Of a stretch of DNA of 64,000 bases, positions 18,192-29,100 are shown in pieces; position 1 is the first letter of the stretch, and every line of letters begins with the position of its first letter. A model generated the notes under the pieces. It was not told where the DNA came from and ran no database searches. It saw nothing but the letters and a program-made list of their open reading frames with translations. The position numbers and the translations under genes were made by a program. The stretch is from a virus, in the IMG/VR virus record IMGVR_UViG_3300008267_000014, positions 1 to 64,000 of that record. One strand, written 5' to 3'.

Positions 18192-19037
18192 ATGGCGACA
18201 ACATTAGATGCGGTATTAGCACAGTACGAAAAATCACAACAAGGAAGTTCAAACAGTACTTCTAAAATGTCTCAAGATGAGAGAATGAAGAAGTATTTCG
18301 CGGCTCTTTTAAAAGACAATGAAAAACAAGGTCAAAAAAGATTAAGAATCTTACCTACTAAAGACGGGTCTTCACCCTTTAAAGAAGTTTTCTTCCATGA
18401 AGTACAAGTGGATGGTAAATGGGTTAAATTATATGACCCCGGAGTTAATTCAAATGAACGTTCACCTTTAAATGAAGTGTATGAAGAATTAATGTTGGCT
18501 GGTGATAAAGAACTAGCTAGAAGTTATAAATCAAGGAAATTTTACATCGTTAAGGTTATTGACCGAGATAACGAACAAGACGGACCTAAATTTTGGCGTT
18601 TTAAACACAATTATAAAAATGAAGGTATTTTAGATAAAATCATCCCTATTTGGAGAGCTAAAGGTGATATTACAGATGCTGAAAAAGGTCGTGATATTAT
18701 CCTTGAAATGACTAAAGCTAAGACACCTAAAGGTTTATCTTATACAGTTATTCAAACTGTTATGTATGATGACCCATCTACATTACATGAAGATAAAGAA
18801 ACTTACGATTCTTGGGTAAATGATGAATTAACTTGGGAAGATGTTTATTCTAAAAAACCTGTTGAATATTTAGAAGCTATTGCTAGAGGAGAAACTCCAA
18901 GATGGAATACTGAGTTAGGTAAATATGTTTACGGTGATTCAACTTCATCTGAAGAAAGTTTTGGTGGGTCAAAAACAACTAATAAAATAACTGACCCTCA
19001 AATTAATAACGAGCCTGATGAAGATTTACCATTTTAA
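18192..19037 (+). CDS. Single-stranded DNA-binding protein (T4 gp32-like)
   Basis: RLRILP..SPFKEVFFH, GRDIILE motifs and acidic C-terminal tail EPDEDLPF. Confidence 0.8.
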   Translation: MATTLDAVLAQYEKSQQGSSNSTSKMSQDERMKKYFAALLKDNEKQGQKRLRILPTKDGSSPFKEVFFHEVQVDGKWVKLYDPGVNSNERSPLNEVYEELMLAGDKELARSYKSRKFYIVKVIDRDNEQDGPKFWRFKHNYKNEGILDKIIPIWRAKGDITDAEKGRDIILEMTKAKTPKGLSYTVIQTVMYDDPSTLHEDKETYDSWVNDELTWEDVYSKKPVEYLEAIARGETPRWNTELGKYVYGDSTSSEESFGGSKTTNKITDPQINNEPDEDLPF

Positions 19038-19053
19038 TAAATAATTTTTTTTT

Positions 19054-19090
19054 TAAAAGGTACTAATTGATTAAGTTAGTACCTTTTATT
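19054..19090 (+). terminator. Rho-independent terminator
   Basis: TAAAAGGTACTAA / TTAGTACCTTTTA inverted repeat after the SSB gene. Confidence 0.75.
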
Positions 19091-19121
19091 ATTATTAATT
19101 AAACTTTAAAACGTAAACAAA

Positions 19122-19346
19122 ATGACAAACGAACATAAAATAAGATTAAAAATGTATGATGCTTTATGTGTAAAATATGAAGCTCAAATCTTAGAATACG
19201 AAGCATCATTAATGGTTTATTTTTCTTCACCTGTTGGTATTGGAGAACATCCTCAACATATTGAAGAAATGGACAAATTAGTTGAAAAAATAGCAAATGC
19301 TAAAGATAAATTAGAAACTATTAAAGAATTTTATAAATACAATTAA
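19122..19346 (+). CDS. Small hypothetical phage protein (VGIGEH motif)
   Basis: 74 aa helical protein with PVGIGEHP; abuts the next gene. Confidence 0.7.
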   Translation: MTNEHKIRLKMYDALCVKYEAQILEYEASLMVYFSSPVGIGEHPQHIEEMDKLVEKIANAKDKLETIKEFYKYN

Positions 19347-19347
19347 T

Positions 19348-20352
19348 ATGGCAATTAAGAAAAAAGACATTAGTTTAGAATCGATTAAGAATAAATTCTC
19401 AACTAAAACTAAATATAAACCTGAAAGTTTTTACAATTGTGGTGAAGCGTTTATGGACGCTTGTGGTTTACCAGGGCCTATTAAAGGACATATTAATATG
19501 TTTCTTGGACATTCGAATTCTTCTAAAACGACCGCTATGATATTAGCGGCTGTTGATGCACAAAGACAAGGTGACTTACCTGTGTTTATTATTACTGAAA
19601 GAAAGTGGAATTGGGAACATGCCGTTGAATTAGGTTTAGATGCTACCCAAAATGAAAATGGTGAATGGGACGGACATTTTATTTTTAACGATAGTTTTGA
19701 TTATATTGAACAAGCAACTGATTTCATTAATCAAATTTTAGATGCTCAAGAAAGTGGTGATATTCCGTATAACGTACAATTTTTATGGGATTCTGTAGGT
19801 TCTATACCATGTAAAATGACTTATGATGGTAAAGGTGGTAAACAACATAATGCTGCGACATTTGCTGATAAAATTGGAATGGGTATTTCAGCTAGAATAT
19901 CTAAGACAAAAAAAGAAGATGTACCATATTATGCAACTATGGTAGTAATTAATCAACCATGGGTTGAATTACCTGATAATCCTTTTGGTCAACCTGAAAT
20001 TAAAGCTAAAGGTGGTGAGGCGTTATGGTTATCATCCGCATTAGTATTCTTATTTGGTAATCAAAAGAAAGCGGGTATTAATCATATTACAGCTACTAAA
20101 AATAATAGAACTGTTGTTTATGCAACAAGAACTAAAATTTCAATATTGAAAAATCACGTTAATGGTTTATCATATAAAGATGGTAAAATATTGGCAGTTC
20201 CCCAAGGATATATTAAAGACGATAAAGGAGCGATTGAAAAATATAAAAAAGAATATTCTGAATATTGGAATAAAAAATTAGGTGGTGAAGGTGACTTTAA
20301 ACTTAGTGAAGTTTTCATTCCTAATACGGATGAAGAAGAAATAGAGAACTGA
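19348..20352 (+). CDS. uvsX: RecA/UvsX-like recombinase
   Basis: Walker A-like GHSNSSKTT, FIITERK, Walker B FLWDSVG, VVINQ, KGGEAL, KNHVNG. Confidence 0.85.
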   Translation: MAIKKKDISLESIKNKFSTKTKYKPESFYNCGEAFMDACGLPGPIKGHINMFLGHSNSSKTTAMILAAVDAQRQGDLPVFIITERKWNWEHAVELGLDATQNENGEWDGHFIFNDSFDYIEQATDFINQILDAQESGDIPYNVQFLWDSVGSIPCKMTYDGKGGKQHNAATFADKIGMGISARISKTKKEDVPYYATMVVINQPWVELPDNPFGQPEIKAKGGEALWLSSALVFLFGNQKKAGINHITATKNNRTVVYATRTKISILKNHVNGLSYKDGKILAVPQGYIKDDKGAIEKYKKEYSEYWNKKLGGEGDFKLSEVFIPNTDEEEIEN

Positions 20353-20377
20353 TTGTGTAACTTTTAAATAAAATTTA

Positions 20378-21379
20378 ATGACTAAAACCTTATTGGTTGA
20401 TGGTAACAACCTAATTAAAATTGGTTTTCACGGAGTGAAGGATTTCTTTCACTCCGGAAAACATGTAGGTGGGGTGTGGCACTTTTTAAACACACTTAGA
20501 CGTTTTATTGACGTTGAAAATTTCGATAAAGTTTTAGTTTTTTGGGATGGTGAAGACAATTCATCTGCTCGCAAAATATTATATCCCCAATACAAAGAAA
20601 ATCGTAAGACTTCTTTCGACGTGACCCAAGAAAGTTCTATTAGAGAACAAAAAGAACGTGTTAAACAATACTTAGAAGAGTTGTTCATAAGACAAATTTT
20701 GGTAGATAAGAATGAAGCTGATGATTTAATTGCTTATTATTGTCAAATATCACCTGATGAAGAAAAAACTATATTTTCAGGTGATAGAGATTTAACACAG
20801 TTAATTTCCGAAAATGTTAGAGTTTATTTACCGGATACTAAAAAATATTACGGTTTTGGTGATAAAATCAAATTAAAAGAAATTGAATTACCTCATTATA
20901 ATATTAAAACGTATAAAATTTTAGTTGGTGATAAATCTGATAATATCAATGGTATATACTTTCTTGGTGAAAAAACATTAATTAAGTTATTTCCTGAGAT
21001 ACTTGACCGTGAAGTTAATATTACCGATATTTTAAATAAGGCTGAGTTACTACATAAAGAAGATAAAGACAATAAATTATTACAAAATCTTTTGTCTGGT
21101 AAAACAAAAAGTGGTATATTTGGTGAAGAATTTTTTGAGATTAATGAAAAAATAGTAAATTTGTCTAACCCTTTAATTAACGAAGATGGAAAAAACGTAG
21201 TACATGAGTATTATTCAGAAACACTCGACCCTGATGGGAGAGGTCATAGGAACGTAATCAAAATGATGATGGAAGATGGATTCTTCAAGTTCCTACCAAA
21301 AGGTGATAACGCTTGGATATATTTCCTAACACCTTTTTTAAAATTAACAAGAAAAGAAAAAAGAAAATTTAAAAAGTAA
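20378..21379 (+). CDS. 5'-3' exonuclease / flap endonuclease (T4 RNase H, PolI N-terminal-like)
   Basis: LLVDGNN, YPQYKENR, EADDLIA, SGDRDLTQL, GDKSDNING. Confidence 0.9.
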   Translation: MTKTLLVDGNNLIKIGFHGVKDFFHSGKHVGGVWHFLNTLRRFIDVENFDKVLVFWDGEDNSSARKILYPQYKENRKTSFDVTQESSIREQKERVKQYLEELFIRQILVDKNEADDLIAYYCQISPDEEKTIFSGDRDLTQLISENVRVYLPDTKKYYGFGDKIKLKEIELPHYNIKTYKILVGDKSDNINGIYFLGEKTLIKLFPEILDREVNITDILNKAELLHKEDKDNKLLQNLLSGKTKSGIFGEEFFEINEKIVNLSNPLINEDGKNVVHEYYSETLDPDGRGHRNVIKMMMEDGFFKFLPKGDNAWIYFLTPFLKLTRKEKRKFKK

Positions 21380-21386
21380 AAAATTT

Positions 21387-21839
21387 ATGAAAGAACATGA
21401 ATCAACAAAATTGGAGTTTTTAATGATGGTAAACGATAACATTATCGTACAAAGATTTTTCAACATCAGAGAGTTTAACCCTAAAGCTAAAAACTCTATG
21501 GATTTATATGACTTACTTAATGATTTTAAGTATGATTTAGAATACCAATTAAAAATGAAAACGGTAACGTATATGTTAGATAATACCTATGAAATTTCTA
21601 GTAACCCTAACATGTTAGAAACGTCATCAACTAACGGTCCTGAATATTTTAACATTTTTATTAAACAAGGTGATGTGACAATTTGTCATAGACAGATAGA
21701 CGCTAAACCGTACCCACCTAAAGTTAGATACACTGTAGATGTACGCCCACACCTAAAAAACCTTCTTATGAACTTAACTGACATTTTTTCATCTGAAAAT
21801 TTATCTTACGAATATCTTAATGTTAGTTTATCTGCGTAA
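21387..21839 (+). CDS. Hypothetical protein
   Basis: 150-aa ORF inside the operon, typical codon usage. Confidence 0.7.
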   Translation: MKEHESTKLEFLMMVNDNIIVQRFFNIREFNPKAKNSMDLYDLLNDFKYDLEYQLKMKTVTYMLDNTYEISSNPNMLETSSTNGPEYFNIFIKQGDVTICHRQIDAKPYPPKVRYTVDVRPHLKNLLMNLTDIFSSENLSYEYLNVSLSA

Positions 21840-21866
21840 TATTTATCTTTAAAACAAGAATTAATT

Positions 21867-23252
21867 ATGAGTTCAAGTAAAAATTTCGAATACTTAGGAA
21901 GTAGTTTTCAACTTCAATTACTAAATCAAATAATAGTTGATAAAGAATTCTCAAGGTCAATTATTGACGTTATTGAAGTAAATTATTTTGAAAATAAATA
22001 TTTTAAAATCATCATACAGATGATTCGTGAATATTATTCGAAATATGAACATACACCAACTTTTGATACTTTAGAGCAAATTACCAAGTCAGAATTACAA
22101 CAAGGTACTGCGTCTAAAATGGTTATAGATACTATCAATAAAATAAAAGAAGCTCCTATTGAAGGGAGCTCTTTTGTTCAAGAAAAGGCTATGAAGTTTT
22201 GTAAACAACAAGAGTTACAAAAAGTAATGAATAAAGCTCAAAAGATTATTGATGGTGGTGAGTTTGAAAATTATGATAAAGTAGAACAGTTGGTAAGAAC
22301 TGCATTACAAGTTGGTGAACGAGAAGATGGATTAACTAATGTTTTTTCTAATTTAGATGATGTTTTAGACGAGGATTATAGACATCCTATACCTATGGGT
22401 ATCCCTGGTATAGATAGACTCTTAAAAGGTGGTTTGGCTAAGGGAGAGATAGGTGTTGTATTAGCACCAACAGGTGTCGGTAAGACAACCCTAATGACTA
22501 AAATTACTAACCACGCGTTTAATTTAGGATATAACGTACTTCAATTATTTTTTGAAGATAATCCTAAGATAATTCAAAGAAAACACTTAACTTTGTGGAC
22601 TAAAATACATCCTGATGAATTGACTCTTAAAAAAGAGGATGTGGTAAAGAAAGTTACAGAAATAAAAGAAACCATGCCAAATCAACTAATATTGAAAAAA
22701 TTACCATCTGATAGTATTACGATGTTACAGATTAAAAATCAGATTCGTAAGTTAATTGCTGATGGTATTAAAATTGATATGGTGTCATTAGATTATATTG
22801 ATTGTGTTGTTCCTGAGAGAAATCTTGGGGATGAATGGAAATCAGAAGGTTCGGTTATGAGAGCATTTGAATCTATGTGTCATGAATTGAATTTAGTTGG
22901 ATGGACGGCGACTCAAGGTAATAGAAGTTCTATTTCATCTGAAGTTGTAACGACAGACCAAATGGGTGGGTCAATTAAAAAAGCACAAGTTGGACATGTT
23001 ATTATTTCAGTGGCTAAAACATTACAACAAAAAGAAATGAAATTAGCAACAATTGCGATTACTAAGTCTCGTATTGGTGATGATGGAGTTGTCTTTGAAA
23101 ATTGTAAATTTGATAACGGTATGTTAGAAATTGACACTGATTCTTCGGTGACGTTCTTAGGTCTTGAAGAACAAAATGAAGAAAAACAAAGAAATAAAGT
23201 AAGAGATTTATTAGATAAACGTAAAGAAAGAGAACAAGCTAAACAAAAATAA
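21867..23252 (+). CDS. Replicative DnaB-like helicase (T4 gp41-like)
   Basis: [12 protein letters not shown], Walker [27 protein letters not shown]. Confidence 0.9.
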   Translation: MSSSKNFEYLGSSFQLQLLNQIIVDKEFSRSIIDVIEVNYFENKYFKIIIQMIREYYSKYEHTPTFDTLEQITKSELQQGTASKMVIDTINKIKEAPIEGSSFVQEKAMKFCKQQELQKVMNKAQKIIDGGEFENYDKVEQLVRTALQVGEREDGLTNVFSNLDDVLDEDYRHPIPMGIPGIDRLLKGGLAKGEIGVVLAPTGVGKTTLMTKITNHAFNLGYNVLQLFFEDNPKIIQRKHLTLWTKIHPDELTLKKEDVVKKVTEIKETMPNQLILKKLPSDSITMLQIKNQIRKLIADGIKIDMVSLDYIDCVVPERNLGDEWKSEGSVMRAFESMCHELNLVGWTATQGNRSSISSEVVTTDQMGGSIKKAQVGHVIISVAKTLQQKEMKLATIAITKSRIGDDGVVFENCKFDNGMLEIDTDSSVTFLGLEEQNEEKQRNKVRDLLDKRKEREQAKQK

Positions 23253-23254
23253 AT

Positions 23255-24202
23255 ATGGAAAAAATATTAAAATCAAATCCAAATCGATTCGTTATATTCC
23301 CAATTGAACATCATGACATTTGGGAATATTATCAAAAACATCAAGCAGCTTTTTGGACGGCTGAAGAAGTTGATTTAACAGATGACATTAGAGATTGGTC
23401 TAATTTGTCTGACAATGAAAAATATTTTATTAAAAATATTTTATCATTCTTTGCGGCATCTGACGGTATAGTTAATGAGAATTTGGCTGAGAATTTTTAT
23501 CGTGAAGTACAATATCCTGAAGCTAAATTCTTTTATGGGTTTCAGTTAGCGATGGAAAATATACATTCATTGATGTATTCTCTATTAATTGATACTTATA
23601 TAAGTGACGGTAAAGAAAAAGACGAATGTTTTAACGCTATTGAAAGATTACCTGCGGTTCAAAAGAAAGCTAGTTGGGCTTTAAATTGGATTAGTAACGC
23701 ATCTTTCCAAGAAAGATTAATAGCATTTGCGGCAGTTGAAGGAATTTTCTTTTCAGGTTCTTTTTGTTCGATATTTTGGTTAAAATCGAGAGGTATTATG
23801 CAAGGGTTATGTAACGCTAATTCTTTAATTTTTAAAGATGAAAACTTACATTGTGACTTCGCAATACACTTATTAAATAACCATTGTGAAGAAAAACCTA
23901 GTGAAGAAAAAATTAAAGAAATTTTACTTTCGGCTTTAGAAATCGAAAAGGAATTTATTACTGAATCTTTACCGGTATCATTAATAGGTATGAACCAAAA
24001 CTTAATGAAACAATATTTGGAATTTGTTGTTGATGGGTTATTGGTTAAATTAAATTGTAAAAAAGTATTTAATGTTGAACAACCATTTAAATTCATGGAA
24101 CAAATTGCAATCGAAACAAAAGGAAACTTTTTCGAGTCAAGAACCATGGAGTATCAAAAAGCAAAACTTAACGAATCAATTACATTTACAGACGAGTTTT
24201 AA
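23255..24202 (+). CDS. nrdB: Ribonucleotide reductase class Ia beta subunit
   Basis: [43 protein letters not shown]. Confidence 0.95.
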   Translation: MEKILKSNPNRFVIFPIEHHDIWEYYQKHQAAFWTAEEVDLTDDIRDWSNLSDNEKYFIKNILSFFAASDGIVNENLAENFYREVQYPEAKFFYGFQLAMENIHSLMYSLLIDTYISDGKEKDECFNAIERLPAVQKKASWALNWISNASFQERLIAFAAVEGIFFSGSFCSIFWLKSRGIMQGLCNANSLIFKDENLHCDFAIHLLNNHCEEKPSEEKIKEILLSALEIEKEFITESLPVSLIGMNQNLMKQYLEFVVDGLLVKLNCKKVFNVEQPFKFMEQIAIETKGNFFESRTMEYQKAKLNESITFTDEF

Positions 24203-24221
24203 TCACTATAATTTAGAAACT

Positions 24222-26639
24222 ATGATGTCATTAAAAATACAAAAACGAAATGGGGAAAGCGTTTCATTTAATCCCCAAAAAATCTATAACCGTATTAAGA
24301 AGGCTGCTAAAGGATTAAATGTTAATTCCGATGAAATATTCATCAAGGTTATTACTTCAATGCCAAACGAAGGTAATATAACAACTAAAGAACTTGATAG
24401 ATTAGTATATGAAATATCTTCTTCATATACGGGAAGTCACCATGATTATTCAAGATTAGCATCATCTATCGCTATTTCTTTATATCATAAAGAAACTATG
24501 GATAGTTTCACTGATACTATGAAATTATTACATAAAGATGGTGTTGTTCATGATAGGTTAATTGAAATTATCACCGCTTACGGTGAAAAAAATATTGATT
24601 CAGTTATTAACCATGATAATGATTATAATTTCGATTATTTTGCATGGGTTGCGTTAAATGAAATGTACTTGTTAAAAACATCAACAGGTAAAGCGATTGA
24701 AAGACCACAACACATGTATATGAGAATAGCCTTGTGGGTGACGGATTCTTTTGAAGAGGCGGTTGATTATTATAAATCATTATCTGAACAACGTATTTCT
24801 AAGGCGACTCCTATTATGATTAATTCAGGAACATTAGTTCCCCAATTAGCGTCTTGTGTTTTACATTATAATGACGGAGATTCAAGACAAGGATTATTAA
24901 ATACTCTTAACGATATTTCAACTTATTCATCAGATGCTGCGGGTATTGGATTATGTATGTCAAATCAAAGAAGTAAGGAAAGTCGTATTAGTACTTCAGG
25001 TGGTTTTGCAGGTGGTTTATTAAAATATTTAAAAATTGTTAACGAATCATTAAGATTTTTTAACCAACAAGGTAGAAGACCTGGTAGTGCTGCGGTTTAT
25101 TTAGAACCTTGGCATAAAGATATTTTCGATTTATTAGATATTAAAAAGAATACGGGTAAAGACGAATTAAGAGCGAGAGATATTTTCACATCACTTTGGC
25201 TTCCTGATAATTTCATGAGAGCGGTTAGAACTAATAATGATTGGTATTTATTCTGTCCTCATGATATTAAAAAAGCGGGTATTAAAGCGTTACAAGAATG
25301 TTTTGGCGATGAATTTGAAGAGAATTATAATAAAGCGGTTAATTTAGGGTTAGGTAAAAAAGTTAAGGCTATGGATATTTGGACTAAAATAATTGAGTCA
25401 CAAATTGAAACAGGTGTACCTTATTTATGTTCTAAAGATAATGCTAATAAAAAGACTAATCATCAGAACATTGGGGTTATCAAACAATCTAATCTTTGTA
25501 ATGAGATTTATCAATACACAGATGAGTCAACAACCGCTATTTGTACCCTATCATCAATCGTTATAAAGAACTTTATTAATGACGGTAAATTCGATTTTAA
25601 TTTATTGTTTAATGAAGTTAGAAAAGTTGTTAGAACTTTAAATAAAGTTATTAATATCAATAGTTATTCTACTGAAAAAGGTAGAAAAGGTGGTTTAGAA
25701 CAAAGAGCGATTGCTATTGGTGTACAAGGATTAGCCGATGTATTCTATATTTTAGATTATATTTTCACATCAGATATGGCTAGAAAATTGAATAAAGATA
25801 TTTTTGAGACAATTTATTTTGCCGCTATTACTGAAAGTTGTTCTTTGTGTAAAGAAGGTAAATATGAACCATATCAATACTTTAATGGTTCACCAATGTC
25901 TAATGGAATATTCCAATTCGATATGTGGGGTTTAAGTAATAATGATTTATCAGGTTTGTGGGATTGGAATTCGTTAAAAGAAGAGGTTAAAAAGTACGGT
26001 GTTTGTAATTCGTTGTTTACGGCTCAAATGCCTGTTGCATCATCAGCTAAAATAACAGGTTCATTTGAAATGACCGAACCCGCACAATCCGCACTATTTA
26101 ATAGACGAGTTGTAGGTGGTGAGATTTTAATCGTAAATAAGTATTTAATTCAAGATTTTGAAAAAATTGGTATTTGGTCTGAAACTTTAAAGAATGATAT
26201 TATATTAAATGATGGCTCAATTCAGAGTATTGATTTTAATAAATATTTGGATATTGAAGACAAAAATTACAATAAAAAAGTCAAAAGAATTGAACATTTA
26301 GTTTCAAAGTATAAAACTATTTGGGAAATCTCTCAAAGAGAGTTGATTGATATGGCATCTGAAAGAGCACCATTTATCGACCAATCACAATCGATGAACA
26401 TTTATATGTCAAATCCGACCTTATCTAAGGTAACATCATCTCATTTCCACGCATGGGAAAAAGGACTAAAAACATTATCTTATTATATTAGAACTAAAGC
26501 TATCTCAACGGGGGCTAAACATTTAGCGGTTGACATTTCTAAAACTGAAATAACAAAACCGACTGAAAAAATAAATAATAATATTATACCACCAAAACCA
26601 TCAACATCCGATTTTGAATGTTTTGGTTGTTCATCATAA
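24222..26639 (+). CDS. nrdA: Ribonucleotide reductase class Ia alpha subunit with ATP cone
   Basis: True start probably ATG 24222 or 24225, not 24072; IQKRNG ATP cone, QLASC, SNLCNEI, AICTL, YYIRT, C-terminal CxxC. Confidence 0.95.
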   Translation: MMSLKIQKRNGESVSFNPQKIYNRIKKAAKGLNVNSDEIFIKVITSMPNEGNITTKELDRLVYEISSSYTGSHHDYSRLASSIAISLYHKETMDSFTDTMKLLHKDGVVHDRLIEIITAYGEKNIDSVINHDNDYNFDYFAWVALNEMYLLKTSTGKAIERPQHMYMRIALWVTDSFEEAVDYYKSLSEQRISKATPIMINSGTLVPQLASCVLHYNDGDSRQGLLNTLNDISTYSSDAAGIGLCMSNQRSKESRISTSGGFAGGLLKYLKIVNESLRFFNQQGRRPGSAAVYLEPWHKDIFDLLDIKKNTGKDELRARDIFTSLWLPDNFMRAVRTNNDWYLFCPHDIKKAGIKALQECFGDEFEENYNKAVNLGLGKKVKAMDIWTKIIESQIETGVPYLCSKDNANKKTNHQNIGVIKQSNLCNEIYQYTDESTTAICTLSSIVIKNFINDGKFDFNLLFNEVRKVVRTLNKVININSYSTEKGRKGGLEQRAIAIGVQGLADVFYILDYIFTSDMARKLNKDIFETIYFAAITESCSLCKEGKYEPYQYFNGSPMSNGIFQFDMWGLSNNDLSGLWDWNSLKEEVKKYGVCNSLFTAQMPVASSAKITGSFEMTEPAQSALFNRRVVGGEILIVNKYLIQDFEKIGIWSETLKNDIILNDGSIQSIDFNKYLDIEDKNYNKKVKRIEHLVSKYKTIWEISQRELIDMASERAPFIDQSQSMNIYMSNPTLSKVTSSHFHAWEKGLKTLSYYIRTKAISTGAKHLAVDISKTEITKPTEKINNNIIPPKPSTSDFECFGCSS

Positions 26640-26648
26640 TCCCGACAA

Positions 26649-26682
26649 TAATCCCGACACACTGTCGGGATTTTTATTTTTA
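26649..26682 (+). terminator. Rho-independent terminator
   Basis: AATCCCGACA-cac-TGTCGGGATT followed by a T-tract. Confidence 0.8.
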
Positions 26683-26725
26683 TTATGATACAAAAAAAAT
26701 ATTATTAATATAATATTTATATCAT

Positions 26726-27184
26726 ATGGCAAATGGTATAACATATGGGATTAATTTTCCGTTTAATGATTCTACGGATGGTAAATTCTTGGATTTATCT
26801 GAAACTAATCAGGAAGAAATTAGAAGTAACTTAATACATCTTTTATTAACAAGAAAAGGTACTAGATATTATCTACCTGATTTTGGAACTCGTTTATACG
26901 AATTTATATTTGAACCGATGGATGGTCCTACTTATTCCGAGATTGAATCTGAAATAAGAGAAACCGTTAAAGAATATATTCCCGGTATTACTATAACTAA
27001 AATGAGTATTTCACCGGCATCTGAAGGTGATGAGGATAAAGGTTCGTTTATCAACGGTAATGATGAACGTGTATTTAGAGTACCTGGTATTGGTACAAAA
27101 GAACATACCGCTAAAATTAGAATCGATTATAGACTAAATGATGATGCTTTTAGTACTAGCGATTTTGTTATTATTAATTTATAA
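26726..27184 (+). CDS. Baseplate wedge protein (gp25/GPW family)
   Basis: IRSNLIHLLLTRKGTRYYLPDFGTRLYEFIFEP. Confidence 0.9.
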   Translation: MANGITYGINFPFNDSTDGKFLDLSETNQEEIRSNLIHLLLTRKGTRYYLPDFGTRLYEFIFEPMDGPTYSEIESEIRETVKEYIPGITITKMSISPASEGDEDKGSFINGNDERVFRVPGIGTKEHTAKIRIDYRLNDDAFSTSDFVIINL

Positions 27185-27189
27185 GAATT

Positions 27190-29028
27190 ATGGCTGAGAA
27201 AAAAATATCGTATACTACAAGAGATTTTGAATCGATTAGAACCGAGTTAGTTAATTTTACAAGGACGTATTATCCTGATTTATTGGATAATGTTAATGAT
27301 GCGTCAATATTTTCAGTAATATTGGATTTAAATGCCGCGGTTACTGATAATTTACAATTTAATATTGATAGAAGTATTCAAGAGACTGTGTTACAATACG
27401 CACAACAAAGGTCATCAATATATAATCTCGCTAGAACGTATGGTTTAAAAATACCGGGATTAAGACCTTCAGTTGCTTTAGTTGACTTTTCAATAACCGT
27501 ACCCGCTTATGGTGATAAAGAAGATATAAGATATTGTGGTATATTAAGGAGAGGTTCACAAATTAATGGTGCGGGACAAGTTTTTGAAACTGTTTATGAT
27601 ATTGATTTTTCTTCACCAATTAATAATGAAGGTTACCCTAATCGAGTTAAAATACCTAATTTTGACGCTAATAATAAGTTAATTAATTATACCATTACTA
27701 AACGAGAAACTGTTGTTAATGGAACTACTAAAGTGTTTAAAAAAGTTGTAACACCAAATGATGTTAAACCTTTTTATGAGTTATTTTTACCTGAGAAAAA
27801 TGTTTTAGGGATAACTAGTGTTTTATTAAAAGATGGTACACAATATGCTAACGTACCAAGTGTACAAGAATTTTTGGGTTTAGATAATAGATGGTATGAA
27901 GTTAAGTCATTAATTGAAGATAGAGTTTTTGTCGAAGACCCTACCAAAGTTTCTGATAGTCCTGGTATTAAAGTTGGTAAATATGTTACAACGAGTGACA
28001 AATTTATAACCGAATATACACCTGAAGGGTTTCTTAAAATGACCTTTGGTGGTGGTAGTCAATCTGCAGATGAGCAATTAAGAGAATTTGCAAGAAATGG
28101 ATATCAACTTAATTTAAATAAATATTCTAATAATTTCGCATTAGGGTCAACTTTAAAGGCTAACTCAACTGTATTCGTACAGTATCGTGTTGGTGGTGGT
28201 GTTTCTAGTAATTTAGGTGTTAATGTTATAAATAAAATAGGTACTGTTTCATTTTTTGTTAATGGTCCGTCTGAAACAATGAATACTACGGTTGTAAATT
28301 CATTAAGATGTAATAACGTTACTGCTGCTATTGGGGGTGCTGATTTTCCTAGTTTAGAGGAAGTTAGAAATTTAGTTTCTTTTAACTTTTCAGCTCAAAA
28401 TAGAGCGGTGACTATTGATGATTATAACTCATTAATTAGAACTATGCCGTCACAGTTTGGAGCACCTGCTAAAGTGGCAATCACTGAAGAAAATAATAAA
28501 ATTATAATTAAGATGTTATCTTATGACGAATCAGGTAAATTAACTGAAATCGTTTCTGACACTCTAAAAAATAATGTTGCGAATTATTTATCTAATTATC
28601 GAATGATGAATGATTATATCTCTATTCAAACTGCAAATGTTATTGATTTAGGTGTAACAATTGATTTAGTTTTAGATTCAAGTCAGAACCAAGGTACTGT
28701 TATTAGTAAAGTAATTAATATTGTATCCGATTTCTTTGAACCGACTAATCGACAAATGGGTCAAAATGTGAACGTTTCTGAATTAAGAAAAGAGATTCAG
28801 TCCGAAAATGGTATTATCACAATATCTAATATTTCATTTTTTAATAAAGTGGGGGGACAATATTCATCATCACAAACATCACAAAGATATGTTGATAATG
28901 AAACAAGAGAAATTGAATTAATTGATGATACGATATTCGCGGAACCTAAACAAATTTATCAAATAAGATATCCTAATAAGGATATAAATATTAGGGTTAA
29001 AAACCAAACAACGACTAATTTTAGTTGA
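27190..29028 (+). CDS. Baseplate wedge protein (T4 gp6 / baseplate J-like)
   Basis: YTTRDFESIR, AQQRSSIYNLA, YRVGGG..N, GGAD, AQNRAVTIDDY. Confidence 0.85.
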   Translation: MAEKKISYTTRDFESIRTELVNFTRTYYPDLLDNVNDASIFSVILDLNAAVTDNLQFNIDRSIQETVLQYAQQRSSIYNLARTYGLKIPGLRPSVALVDFSITVPAYGDKEDIRYCGILRRGSQINGAGQVFETVYDIDFSSPINNEGYPNRVKIPNFDANNKLINYTITKRETVVNGTTKVFKKVVTPNDVKPFYELFLPEKNVLGITSVLLKDGTQYANVPSVQEFLGLDNRWYEVKSLIEDRVFVEDPTKVSDSPGIKVGKYVTTSDKFITEYTPEGFLKMTFGGGSQSADEQLREFARNGYQLNLNKYSNNFALGSTLKANSTVFVQYRVGGGVSSNLGVNVINKIGTVSFFVNGPSETMNTTVVNSLRCNNVTAAIGGADFPSLEEVRNLVSFNFSAQNRAVTIDDYNSLIRTMPSQFGAPAKVAITEENNKIIIKMLSYDESGKLTEIVSDTLKNNVANYLSNYRMMNDYISIQTANVIDLGVTIDLVLDSSQNQGTVISKVINIVSDFFEPTNRQMGQNVNVSELRKEIQSENGIITISNISFFNKVGGQYSSSQTSQRYVDNETREIELIDDTIFAEPKQIYQIRYPNKDINIRVKNQTTTNFS

Positions 29029-29100
29029 TGATTTATTTTAAAATTTTTTGTTTTATCTTTTAAAAATAGTATATAAAGTATTTATTTTTAAATTAATAAA

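Noticed and set aside
24072-24221. N-terminal extension of NrdA in the ORF track
   Set aside because: It overlaps the nrdB 3' end; recognisable NrdA sequence begins at ATG 24222/24225.
19348-26639. Inteins or introns in UvsX, helicase or RNR
   Set aside because: Lengths are normal, motifs are contiguous and no splice-junction signatures were seen.
235-29028. Bacterial extracellular contractile injection system or tailocin
   Set aside because: Interleaved T4-like SSB, UvsX, helicase, RNR and a homing endonuclease indicate a phage genome.
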